Of a stretch of DNA of 26,477 bases, positions 7,230-15,834 are shown in pieces; position 1 is the first letter of the stretch; every line of letters starts with the position of its first letter. The stretch comes from Bdellovibrionota bacterium FG-2 (lineage in GTDB: Bacteria > Bdellovibrionota > UBA1018). The notes beneath the pieces were generated by a model that ran no database searches, was not told the DNA's origin, and saw only the letters and a list, made by a program, of their open reading frames with translations. The position numbers and the translations under genes are program-made. The stretch lies in contig JBBCAV010000001.1 of the NCBI GenBank assembly GCA_051382305.1, positions 1 through 26,477 of the forward strand, in the 5' to 3' direction.

Positions 7230-8324
7230 ATGCCCAAAATCGGCCTCACCACCCTTCTCAAAGCCATGGTTGATCAAGATGCCTCTGACCTTCACATTAC
7301 GGTAGGAGTCCCCCCGGAACTTCGGATTCAAGGCAAAGTCCTTCGCGTAAAAACCGATACCCTCACCGCCGCCGATACCCAGGAGCTTTGCTACTCGGTA
7401 CTAACAGAGGATCAAAAGGCGGCGTTTAAGCGGGATCAGGAACTCGACTTCTCCTTTGGCGTTAAAGATATCGCGAGATTTCGAGGTAATCTCTTTATCC
7501 AAAAATCCCACATTGGCGGCGTGTTTCGAAAAATTCCGCTCACGATCCCTGAATTTGACACCCTTCGACTCCCCCAAATTCTAAAAAAAGTCATCAAGCG
7601 ACCCAACGGCCTTATCCTCGTCACTGGCCCCACGGGCAGCGGAAAATCCACTTCCTTGGCATCCCTTCTTGATCTCGTCAATCGCGAGGAGTATGGCCAC
7701 ATTATTACGATTGAAGATCCAGTCGAATTCATCCACCCTCACCGCAACTGTATCGTCAACCAGCGCGAGGTGGGCTCGGACACCAAGTCCTTTCATGACG
7801 CCTTAAAACGGATCCTCAGGCAAGATCCCGACTACATCTTGGTCGGCGAGTTACGCGATCCTGAAACCATCGAAATGGCTCTGACCATGGCTGAAACGGG
7901 CCACTTAGTCTTTGCGACCCTTCACACCAATAACGCGATTCAATCCATTAACCGCCTCATCAATGTTTTTCCGCAGCACCAACAATCCCAGATCCGCCAG
8001 GTTCTTTCGTTCTCTCTTCAAGCCATTGTCTCTCAACAGTTGATTTCAAAAAGCTATGAACAAGGTCGGGCAATGGCCTGTGAAGTTTTGATCCCCACGA
8101 TGGCAATTCGGAATCTCATCCGCGAAGACAAAATTCATCAAATCTACTCTTCGATGCAATCTGGCCAAGATGACAGTGGGATGGTCACCATGAACCAAAA
8201 TCTGGTCATCTTAGTCAAGCAAGGCGTCCTCTCAAAGGCTGATGCTCTTGAAAATAGCACGCAACCCGAGGAGCTTATAAAAATGCTAACGGCCGTACAG
8301 GAGCGCCAGGCAGCTAAAGCCTAA
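7230..8324 (+). CDS. pilT: Retraction ATPase PilT
   Basis: ASDLHI, GPTGSGKS, TIEDPVEF and the AIRNLIRE motif. It lies between pilB and pilC. Confidence 0.96.
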   Translation: MPKIGLTTLLKAMVDQDASDLHITVGVPPELRIQGKVLRVKTDTLTAADTQELCYSVLTEDQKAAFKRDQELDFSFGVKDIARFRGNLFIQKSHIGGVFRKIPLTIPEFDTLRLPQILKKVIKRPNGLILVTGPTGSGKSTSLASLLDLVNREEYGHIITIEDPVEFIHPHRNCIVNQREVGSDTKSFHDALKRILRQDPDYILVGELRDPETIEMALTMAETGHLVFATLHTNNAIQSINRLINVFPQHQQSQIRQVLSFSLQAIVSQQLISKSYEQGRAMACEVLIPTMAIRNLIREDKIHQIYSSMQSGQDDSGMVTMNQNLVILVKQGVLSKADALENSTQPEELIKMLTAVQERQAAKA

Positions 8325-8350
8325 AAAAAGTAAAAAAAAAGGAGAAGACG

Positions 8351-9565
8351 GTGCCCGAGTTTCAGTACCAAGGTGTTGATAAGAACGGCAAGAAAATCGA
8401 AGGGAAACTTTCGGCCTCCTCTGAAGGGGAGCTACGCATGGCTCTTCGAGGACAAGGCATTCGCCCAACCCGCGTCTCCGCCTCCGGCGTAATGAACACA
8501 GACCTCTCGGCTTTTTTCAAACGCCAAGACTCGGTGCCCACCGAAGTGCTGGTGACCTTTACAAGACAACTTCAAGTACTGATCTCCTCTGGCGTCCCGA
8601 TCGTTCAAGGGTTAGACATTCTAGTCGAGCAAACCACAAATTCTACCATGAAAAGGCTCATCGCAACGACCAAAGAGCGCGTTTCAGGCGGCGCCTACCT
8701 CTGGGAAACCTTGGCAGGATTTCCGAATGCCTTTCCTAAACTCTATGTCTCTCTCATCCGCGCCGGTGAAGCATCAGGCTCCCTCGACATGATGCTTAAA
8801 CGTTTATGCCGCTACCTTGAAGATGCCGATCGCCTAAAGAAGATGATTCGCGGCGCTCTCTTCTATCCCGCCGTGGTGGTGAGCGTTGGCCTCTTGGTCG
8901 TATTCATCATGCTCGTCTTTATTATTCCTAAATTCGAAGCGCTTCTCAAAAGCGCTAACCAAGAACTGCCGCTTCCCACTCAAATTGTCATCAATGTATC
9001 CCATTTTTTGGGCAATTACTTCATGTTCATTGTGGGCGGAGCCAGTGCGATCGGTTTTTTGGGTTTCCGCTATTTCCGGTCTCGCGAAGGACGAGCCTTC
9101 ATGGATCGCACCCTATATAACGCCCCTTTATTTGGCACCATGATGAAAAAGGCCGGAACCGCAAGATTTTCACGTACCATGCAAACGCTCCTTTCCAGCG
9201 GCGTGAATCTCATCGATGCGATTGATATCTGTAAAGCGACCGTTGACAACGCCGTCCTTGAGGACGCCATTGCGAAAATCCGCTCCGACGTAGAAAGCGG
9301 CAAGACGCTTGGTTCCGTCCTTACCCGGCTCAAAGTCTTTCCCACGATGGCCATCCAGATGATCACTGTGGGAGAGTCCACCGGAAATCTCGATAAAATG
9401 CTCGAGAAGGTCGCAGATTTTTATGAAGAAGACGTAGAAGCGCTGGTAGGAGGTCTCACCAAAATGATTGAACCTCTTATCTTAGTTCTTTTGGGAGGAA
9501 CTGTCGGAGGCCTTCTCATTGCTATGTACCTTCCGGTCTTTCAAATGGCAGGAGGAGCAGGATAA
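8351..9565 (+). CDS. pilC: Inner-membrane platform protein PilC (T2SS F family)
   Basis: FTRQL...SGVP, AGEASGSL, GESTGNLDKML, EPL...AMYLPVF. GGAG SD precedes the GTG. Confidence 0.95.
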   Translation: MPEFQYQGVDKNGKKIEGKLSASSEGELRMALRGQGIRPTRVSASGVMNTDLSAFFKRQDSVPTEVLVTFTRQLQVLISSGVPIVQGLDILVEQTTNSTMKRLIATTKERVSGGAYLWETLAGFPNAFPKLYVSLIRAGEASGSLDMMLKRLCRYLEDADRLKKMIRGALFYPAVVVSVGLLVVFIMLVFIIPKFEALLKSANQELPLPTQIVINVSHFLGNYFMFIVGGASAIGFLGFRYFRSREGRAFMDRTLYNAPLFGTMMKKAGTARFSRTMQTLLSSGVNLIDAIDICKATVDNAVLEDAIAKIRSDVESGKTLGSVLTRLKVFPTMAIQMITVGESTGNLDKMLEKVADFYEEDVEALVGGLTKMIEPLILVLLGGTVGGLLIAMYLPVFQMAGGAG

Positions 9566-9567
9566 GT

Positions 9568-10644
9568 ATGTCGAGTATGCATCGGGAAATTTTGGGCGAG
9601 TCAGCGGCCGTCAAAGAACTACTCCACATGATCAGCCGGGTCTCGGGCAACAAGGCCAACATCCTGGTCATTGGCGAGAGCGGCACGGGCAAAGAACTCA
9701 TCGCACGCATGATTCACGATTCGGGCCCGCTCAAAGACAAACCGTTTGTGCCTATCAATTGCGGTGCGATTCCGGAAAACCTGATCGAAAGCGAACTCTT
9801 TGGACACAAAAAAGGAAGTTTTACCGGAGCCATTGCTGAAAAAGCCGGCCTCTTTGAAACCGCAAACGGCGGCACCCTTTTTTTAGACGAAATCGGCGAG
9901 CTGCCGCTCGCGATGCAAGTGAAACTTCTTCGGGCCCTACAAGAAAAAACGATTCGTAAAGTGGGGGGGACCGACGATCAGAAAGTCGATGCCCGCATTA
10001 TTGCCGCCACCAATCGCAACCTCGAAAGCGGTGTCGCCAAAGGCACCTTCCGCGAAGACTTGTACTACCGCCTCAACGTCATTACAATCAAGAGCCCCCC
10101 CCTGCGCGAGCGCGCGGGCGATATTCCCCTATTAGCCCGAACCTTTCTTCAGCGCGTCGCCCAAAAATATAACAAGACAATTGAGGGCATCGACGATTTA
10201 ACACTTACCTTGCTCTGCAATTACGCCTGGCCCGGGAACATTCGGGAACTTCAAAACATCATCGAACGCGCAGCCACGCTTGAAACCGGCTCCAAACTTA
10301 GCATCAACTCACTCCCAGCTCATCTCATTCCGGCAGTGATGCCTCCCGTACTACCCCCGACGTCGAGCCAGCCTGCCTCTGTTTCGCCCGATACCACACT
10401 CGCAACCGATATTCGCATCCCGGCTCCGAATTTTTCAGCCGGGCCCGTGAAGCTCGACGAGATTTTAGGAAAAATCGAAAAGCAATACCTCCACAATGCC
10501 CTTTTACACACGCACGGCGTAAAGAAAAAAGCAGCGCAAATTTTGGGGATTACGTTTCGGAGCATTCGGTATCGATTACAGAAACTGGGCTTGGACGTAC
10601 CTGAAGTCTCAGATAAACCCAAAAAGAAAAAAAAACAAAACTAG
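9568..10644 (+). CDS. pilR: PilR-like sigma54 activator lacking the receiver domain
   Basis: GESGTGKE, ESELFGHKKGSFTGA, FLDEIGE, WPGNIREL and a PilR-type HTH LGITFRSIRYRL. The AAA domain begins about 8 residues after the start. Confidence 0.8.
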   Translation: MSSMHREILGESAAVKELLHMISRVSGNKANILVIGESGTGKELIARMIHDSGPLKDKPFVPINCGAIPENLIESELFGHKKGSFTGAIAEKAGLFETANGGTLFLDEIGELPLAMQVKLLRALQEKTIRKVGGTDDQKVDARIIAATNRNLESGVAKGTFREDLYYRLNVITIKSPPLRERAGDIPLLARTFLQRVAQKYNKTIEGIDDLTLTLLCNYAWPGNIRELQNIIERAATLETGSKLSINSLPAHLIPAVMPPVLPPTSSQPASVSPDTTLATDIRIPAPNFSAGPVKLDEILGKIEKQYLHNALLHTHGVKKKAAQILGITFRSIRYRLQKLGLDVPEVSDKPKKKKKQN

Positions 10645-10654
10645 CCGAGCGACC

Positions 10655-12004
10655 TTAGAGATCCCAAAAAGCCGTTTTAAAGAGCTTGACCATGTTGGAT
10701 GAAAAAAGCGGAAAAACCCTCGCTTCAAGTTCTTTGAAAATATCGATTTTAGGGTCTAACTTTTTCTTGCAAACCACTTTCACAAATTCATTACTGATTC
10801 CAACCGCCTCTGCGATGGGACTCAGATTTGAGGACACGACTTTTCCGGGAAATCCTCGCCCCCCTCGTCGCTCGTGGTGTTGAGCGACCGCCTGAATCAC
10901 AGTCGGATGCACGCCCTCCACACTGCGTAGAATGTCCGCACCGCGCTCTGGATGGGTATAATAAAGCGCCAGCTCACTCGGAGTCATGCGAGATTCATCT
11001 TCATCCCAAAGTTTCTCAGGAAGCCGATACAGCCCGATGTTATGAAGCAGGCTAGCTACACCCAGAATCTGCACCGAAATATCGTTTTCCAGGCCTAAAC
11101 CGGGCGCGAGTTTTGCGGAAACGAGCGTTGTGGCAACCGCGTGATCCGTATTGGCAACAAAATCAAAAAGCTTCCGAATGGCCTGGTCCGATCGACAATC
11201 CAATCCCGTCACAAAGCTTGATACCTGACTGGTGAATTCCCGCGCGGTTTCTATATCTTCGGTGGTAACTTCTGGTGCGGTTTTAAGACGCTCCGTTATG
11301 TCATCCGCACTGTTGAGCTGTGCTCTTTGTTGAAGTGCAGGTGAAAGACCTTGAGCGAAAGGCAAGGTCATGGAAAGGGTCCGACAAAATCCCAAACTCC
11401 GCTCTACAGCATCGTTGCGCACATAAAAGTTCTTTACCCCTCTTCTTGCGTGCGCCCTCAGGAGTTTAGGAAAAAAACTTTCACCCGCCCTGACGATATC
11501 AATAAACTTTTCGGATTTGCGCCAAACATAGACGTCGAAAAGCTGAGGGATCTCCGTAAAGCATTCTTCGATCCCTACAGCACGAAAATCCTTCAAGGAG
11601 ATATCAGGCTGATCCTCCCGTTCATTCACTGTATCCAATCCGGGCTCCACCGGAAGGAGTTTAGCTAAATCCCAAAGATCCTTCAAAGCACAGGGTTTCT
11701 CAATGACCCCGCGAACCCCTAAACGCTCCAACTGAAGTTTTGCGAATGCACTTTCGTCAGACTTGTCTTCAATAAGAAAGACCGGGGTCAGGGGGCGATG
11801 CCTTCGGGCTGTACGAATCCATTCAAATATCCCTGGGCTGCTCATTAACGGATTCACAAAAACTGCGGCAAAAAGATGACTTTTCTCCATAAAAAATGGG
11901 AGCGATTGGCGAGGGGATTTAACAAAAACAAGCTCCGATGCAAAAGCCTTCTCCAACGCGGGGTCTGAATCAACAATCAAGAGGGCTCGTTCGCGAATTC
12001 CCAT
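10655..12004 (-). CDS. Degenerate receiver + HD-GYP-like protein
   Basis: N-terminal LLIVDSD...IEKP receiver-like region. The C-terminus has LLHNIG (HD changed to HN), THPERG and HHERRGGRGFP. Confidence 0.75.
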   Translation of the reverse strand: MGIRERALLIVDSDPALEKAFASELVFVKSPRQSLPFFMEKSHLFAAVFVNPLMSSPGIFEWIRTARRHRPLTPVFLIEDKSDESAFAKLQLERLGVRGVIEKPCALKDLWDLAKLLPVEPGLDTVNEREDQPDISLKDFRAVGIEECFTEIPQLFDVYVWRKSEKFIDIVRAGESFFPKLLRAHARRGVKNFYVRNDAVERSLGFCRTLSMTLPFAQGLSPALQQRAQLNSADDITERLKTAPEVTTEDIETAREFTSQVSSFVTGLDCRSDQAIRKLFDFVANTDHAVATTLVSAKLAPGLGLENDISVQILGVASLLHNIGLYRLPEKLWDEDESRMTPSELALYYTHPERGADILRSVEGVHPTVIQAVAQHHERRGGRGFPGKVVSSNLSPIAEAVGISNEFVKVVCKKKLDPKIDIFKELEARVFPLFSSNMVKLFKTAFWDL

Positions 12005-12022
12005 TAAATTCTTATTCCTCCT

Positions 12023-13006
12023 TTAAAAGAAAAACTGAGTTGAAAGGAACCGAAATTGAGTTCGAAATTCCCGGAAGTCTTGCGTCTTCCTAAAAACGGC
12101 AGTCACGGTTGTCTGTTCGTGAGCATCACAACAAAAAGAAAAACTCCCCCGGGTTTTCATCATGACCGAAACGCCTAAACCACAAATAGAGAGCCGAGAT
12201 CCCACTCGAAACTCTTGCCTTTGGTACCTTTTGAGCATGTGGGCAAGCAGCCGAGAACGATCAAGCGTTCCAAAATAGTCTTTAACGCTGATTACCACAT
12301 TCCTACCGTCAAAACCCAACTCCACGTCGACCGCGTTCCGACTTTTGGTGGGCTCTCCGGCCTTCTGAGCATGCGCAGAAATAAATCCCTGATTCATTTC
12401 ACTTAAGGGGGCGACATGCAACGCATTCAGCAATATCTCATCTACCCCATTTGTAATGGTCATAATCGCACGTGTCGAGAATTGCGCCGCTAATAAATAG
12501 GATCGTATCGCTTGAATCAGATCAAGGCGCTGGCCTGCGCTTTCCAATCGAACAACCTGAAGCTGCGCGCCCTGATTCAATAGATCTTTAGTCCCGAGAC
12601 CTTTTTTTTGCGACAGCGTCCCGCTCACTACCTTTGAGTAAAGCTCCGCGTCCTGCTCCGAGAGTGCCGCTTGTGAGCCCTGACTAAGGTAGTGCCCGAA
12701 GAGAGGGCTCTGCAGGAGAAAGGGAGCCGCCTCCAATTCAAGAGGGCAAATAAAATGGGTGAAATTGGGATTAATAAGTTCGGAAAAAAGCCCGACCGAA
12801 CCTTGCACCACGGCCTCAAAAGCATGCAGTTCTGCTTCATTCTTGAGCTCGGCGAAAAAACTTCCAACTTCCTCGTGCTTGAGATGCTCAACCGCGTCAT
12901 TCGCCGTCGAGACAATCACAGGCTTCATCCCAACCGCAGTTGCAATTGCCGTAACAAAGTCACGCGTGCGCGGTTGGGCGGTAATTGAAAGAAGGATCTT
13001 TCCCAT
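12023..13006 (-). CDS. Hypothetical protein with degenerate HATPase_c-like C-terminal domain
   Basis: N-box-like DEILLNA, G1-like VKDYFG and G2-like GLG. No HisKA H-box seen. Confidence 0.6.
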   Translation of the reverse strand: MGKILLSITAQPRTRDFVTAIATAVGMKPVIVSTANDAVEHLKHEEVGSFFAELKNEAELHAFEAVVQGSVGLFSELINPNFTHFICPLELEAAPFLLQSPLFGHYLSQGSQAALSEQDAELYSKVVSGTLSQKKGLGTKDLLNQGAQLQVVRLESAGQRLDLIQAIRSYLLAAQFSTRAIMTITNGVDEILLNALHVAPLSEMNQGFISAHAQKAGEPTKSRNAVDVELGFDGRNVVISVKDYFGTLDRSRLLAHMLKRYQRQEFRVGSRLSICGLGVSVMMKTRGSFSFCCDAHEQTTVTAVFRKTQDFREFRTQFRFLSTQFFF

Positions 13007-13155
13007 GGATTAGAAAATGAACTTAAAACAGAAAAAAATCCATGCTGAAATCAAATATGAGCGGCATGAAGGACAACATAGAAAATGACGCAACTGGCAA
13101 GGCCAAGGGGCGAGATTTTAATACAGTTTTTGGGCTCAAACAGTATAATTGCTCT

Positions 13156-14505
13156 ATGAACATCCTTGTGGTGCTGGCCGATAAATCCAAGCGTGAAATT
13201 GCGTCTTTTACGCTCGAGAGCCGGTTTCAAGCCGAAACCCATCAGGCAGCAAATTTTGAAGCGGCCATCGATTATCTTTTAGATGACCATGACGTCAGTG
13301 TGATAGTTTGCGAGGCGGAAAAAGAGAGCGCGCGACTCTTCAAATACCTCCTTTCCGTCGACTCCTCGATCCCCTTGATCATCATTGCAAAAAAAGAAGA
13401 AGCCATCAAAACGGCTTTTCCGGACTTAAATGTGATTGGACACGTGGACTCCGCGAATCTCGCTCACGGAGTTTTTCAGGTTATTTCTGATGCTATTCAA
13501 GCGGGAACCCTGAAAGAAGGAATGGGGTCCAATGACTACTGCAGAATCAAATCCGAACTTCTCATCAAGGTCGCCCCATTAAAGTCTGATATCTATATTC
13601 GGCTTTCAAAAATTAAATTCGTAAAACTCTTCAAAGAAGGGGACACCTTTGATGTCGCCGACTTTAACAAGTATGTGCATCAGAAGAAAGTCGATTACCT
13701 TTACATAAAAAGGGAAGAAAGCGGTGAATTCGTCAGCCGGCTCCAGAAAGAACTGCTCCGAATCACTTCTTCTGAGAACGTTCCGCCAGAGTCCCTGCAC
13801 ACTCTTGCGATTTCAGCTCACGAAGTCATTCTTGAGTTAGGAAAGCGAGTTGGATTTACACCTGAGGTTCAAGCGCTCGCAAAGGAAAGCATTAAACTCA
13901 CAATTAAGTCTGTGGGCAATAATCCAAAACTCTCAAAAATGTTGCGCAGTTTCGTGCGCGACAAAAAACGCTATATCACCAGTCATAGCGTCGCCCTCGC
14001 AGATATCGCGTGCAGTCTTGCCGCCAAAATGGATTGGCCATCAGAAGCGACCTTTCAGAAACTTTGTTTTGCGGCCTTTTTTCACGATATTGCCCTCTCA
14101 AATAACGAACTCGCGGCTGTCTCGGATCTCGCTGATCTGGAGAACAAGAAGGCGCAGTTTTCAGCGGCAGAAATTAGGGCCTTCAAGGATCACCCTTTTA
14201 AAGGGATGGAAGTCGTCAGAAGTTTCAAAGAAATCCCCGCTGACGTGGATCTGATTGTCCATCAACATCATGAACTACCCGACGGCTCTGGTTTTCCAAG
14301 GGGCGTGAATTACAAACACATTTCACCGCTGTCCGCTCTGTTTATTGTCGCCCATGACCTAGTTCAGTATATGTACGATTACACAACCGTCGACTTCGAC
14401 GAATTCATTAAAGAACGAAAAGTGAAATACGACAGCGGGACCTTCAAGAAAGTAATTTCCAGAATTAACAAAGAGATGTTCACAGGCGAAGGGTCTTCGT
14501 CCTAA
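13156..14505 (+). CDS. Pseudo-receiver + HD-GYP-like protein
   Basis: MNILVV receiver-type start at 13156, then SHS, FFHDIA, DHPFKG and HHELPDGSGFP. The ORF track starts at 13042. Confidence 0.8.
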   Translation: MNILVVLADKSKREIASFTLESRFQAETHQAANFEAAIDYLLDDHDVSVIVCEAEKESARLFKYLLSVDSSIPLIIIAKKEEAIKTAFPDLNVIGHVDSANLAHGVFQVISDAIQAGTLKEGMGSNDYCRIKSELLIKVAPLKSDIYIRLSKIKFVKLFKEGDTFDVADFNKYVHQKKVDYLYIKREESGEFVSRLQKELLRITSSENVPPESLHTLAISAHEVILELGKRVGFTPEVQALAKESIKLTIKSVGNNPKLSKMLRSFVRDKKRYITSHSVALADIACSLAAKMDWPSEATFQKLCFAAFFHDIALSNNELAAVSDLADLENKKAQFSAAEIRAFKDHPFKGMEVVRSFKEIPADVDLIVHQHHELPDGSGFPRGVNYKHISPLSALFIVAHDLVQYMYDYTTVDFDEFIKERKVKYDSGTFKKVISRINKEMFTGEGSSS

Positions 14506-14510
14506 GAGTC

Positions 14511-15455
14511 TTACACGTCTTGAACATCTTGCACGTCTCGCACATCCTGGGCGATCTGTGCCTTCAAGGCCGCCACACCCGAAAACTTACGTTCCTCGCG
14601 CAAGCGCCGCTGAAATAAAACCTCGAGCGTGCTGCCATAAAGATCAATCGTCGTATTGATCAGGTAGGTTTCTACTAACGCCGGAAGCGCCTCGCCCTCT
14701 TTTTCTCTTTCAAAAAAAGTGGGGCGAACGCCCACATTAGTCACGCTCGGAAAAACTCGCTCGCCAAAACGAGCCTGTGTCGCATAAACCCCATAGGGAA
14801 GTACGAGTTTGTTCTCAAGCTTCAGATTCGCCGTAGGATAACCCAACTTTCGACCGCGCCCTTCGCCCTTGACAACCACGCCACGATAAGAAAAAGGCCG
14901 CCCCAAAAGACGGGTCGCCCCTTGAATATCCCCGGCCAGGAGGTATTGCCGAATCCGCGAACTCGAGACGACCTCACCCTCTAAACGAAAAGGCGGAACA
15001 ATGGTCAACTCAATGCCATTTTTATCACACAGGCTTTTCAAAAGATCCAAATGACCTTCTCGTCGATTGCCAAAAGCAAAATCATAGCCCACAACAATGG
15101 CCTCAGGATTGATCCCGCGAATAATTCGATCCGTAAAAAACTGCTCAGGAGCCACGGTCGAAAACTCACGACTGAAGGGCTCTTCAATAATCAAATCAAG
15201 CCCACTGGCCACCAGAAGTTCAAGCTTTTCGTCATATGAAGACAAAAGCGGGAGTTCCACTTGTGGCTTCAGCGCAATTTGCGGGTGCGGATGAAACGTG
15301 AGCGCAAGAGAAGAACCCCCACGTTCTTGAGCCTTCTTTAAGACGGTACTGATAATTTGCGCATGCCCGAGATGGACTCCATCAAAATTGCCGATAGTAA
15401 GAACGGGCTTTCGGGGCGCATGCGCGATGAATTCAATTCCTTTAATGACTTTCAT
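14511..15455 (-). CDS. ribF: Bifunctional riboflavin kinase/FAD synthetase
   Basis: IGNFDGVHLGH, VGYDFAFG, SSSRIR, GRKLGYPTAN, NVGVRPT, LREERKF. Confidence 0.97.
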   Translation of the reverse strand: MKVIKGIEFIAHAPRKPVLTIGNFDGVHLGHAQIISTVLKKAQERGGSSLALTFHPHPQIALKPQVELPLLSSYDEKLELLVASGLDLIIEEPFSREFSTVAPEQFFTDRIIRGINPEAIVVGYDFAFGNRREGHLDLLKSLCDKNGIELTIVPPFRLEGEVVSSSRIRQYLLAGDIQGATRLLGRPFSYRGVVVKGEGRGRKLGYPTANLKLENKLVLPYGVYATQARFGERVFPSVTNVGVRPTFFEREKEGEALPALVETYLINTTIDLYGSTLEVLFQRRLREERKFSGVAALKAQIAQDVRDVQDVQDV

Positions 15456-15796
15456 TTAAACCGATATCCACAACCTTCGACTTCAGAATCCCGTTTATCA
15501 AAAGGATAATGTCTACAGTTCGCGGGGCGCAAATCCCCATAGACGCGACAGTAAGTTTTATTTTCACTATCCCGACCCAAGAAAGGACATTTATAGATCA
15601 ACTGGCAACAAAGCCCCGTTCGATTGCACTCGCCCTCGCGAGTCTGTTCAATCGACTTCTTGATATAATCCTGTCGAAAAGTTCCGATGTAAAACCGCCG
15701 AAACCTTCGGATAGCACTACCCAATAGACTTCGCGCGTCAACGTTTAGTTCATAAAAGTTAGAAACCCATTTCAAGAGAGGCTTGACGAAACGCAT
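15452..15796 (-). CDS. Small Cys-cluster protein, YkgJ/CxxCxxCC-like
   Basis: CNRTGLCC...CPFL...CRVY...RPANCRHYPF. ATGA overlap with ribF. Start at ATG 15796 is preferred. Confidence 0.65.
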   Translation of the reverse strand: MRFVKPLLKWVSNFYELNVDARSLLGSAIRRFRRFYIGTFRQDYIKKSIEQTREGECNRTGLCCQLIYKCPFLGRDSENKTYCRVYGDLRPANCRHYPFDKRDSEVEGCGYRFK

Positions 15797-15834
15797 ATCA
15801 ATACAGATAAGCCATAGAAGGATCACTGCCGTCA

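Noticed and set aside
8323-8340. A7/A9 runs before the pilC SD as a phase-variation tract
   Set aside because: They are intergenic and upstream of the SD, so a length change would not shift a frame or the SD spacing.
9963-10102. G7 and C8 runs in pilR as contingency tracts
   Set aside because: They encode the conserved VGG and PPLR motifs. A C8 run occurs at the same motif in the other activator (18504-18511).
14514-14549. 9-nt periodic repeat encoding QDVRDVQDVQDV at the RibF C-terminus
   Set aside because: Short degenerate tail duplication with no evident functional consequence.
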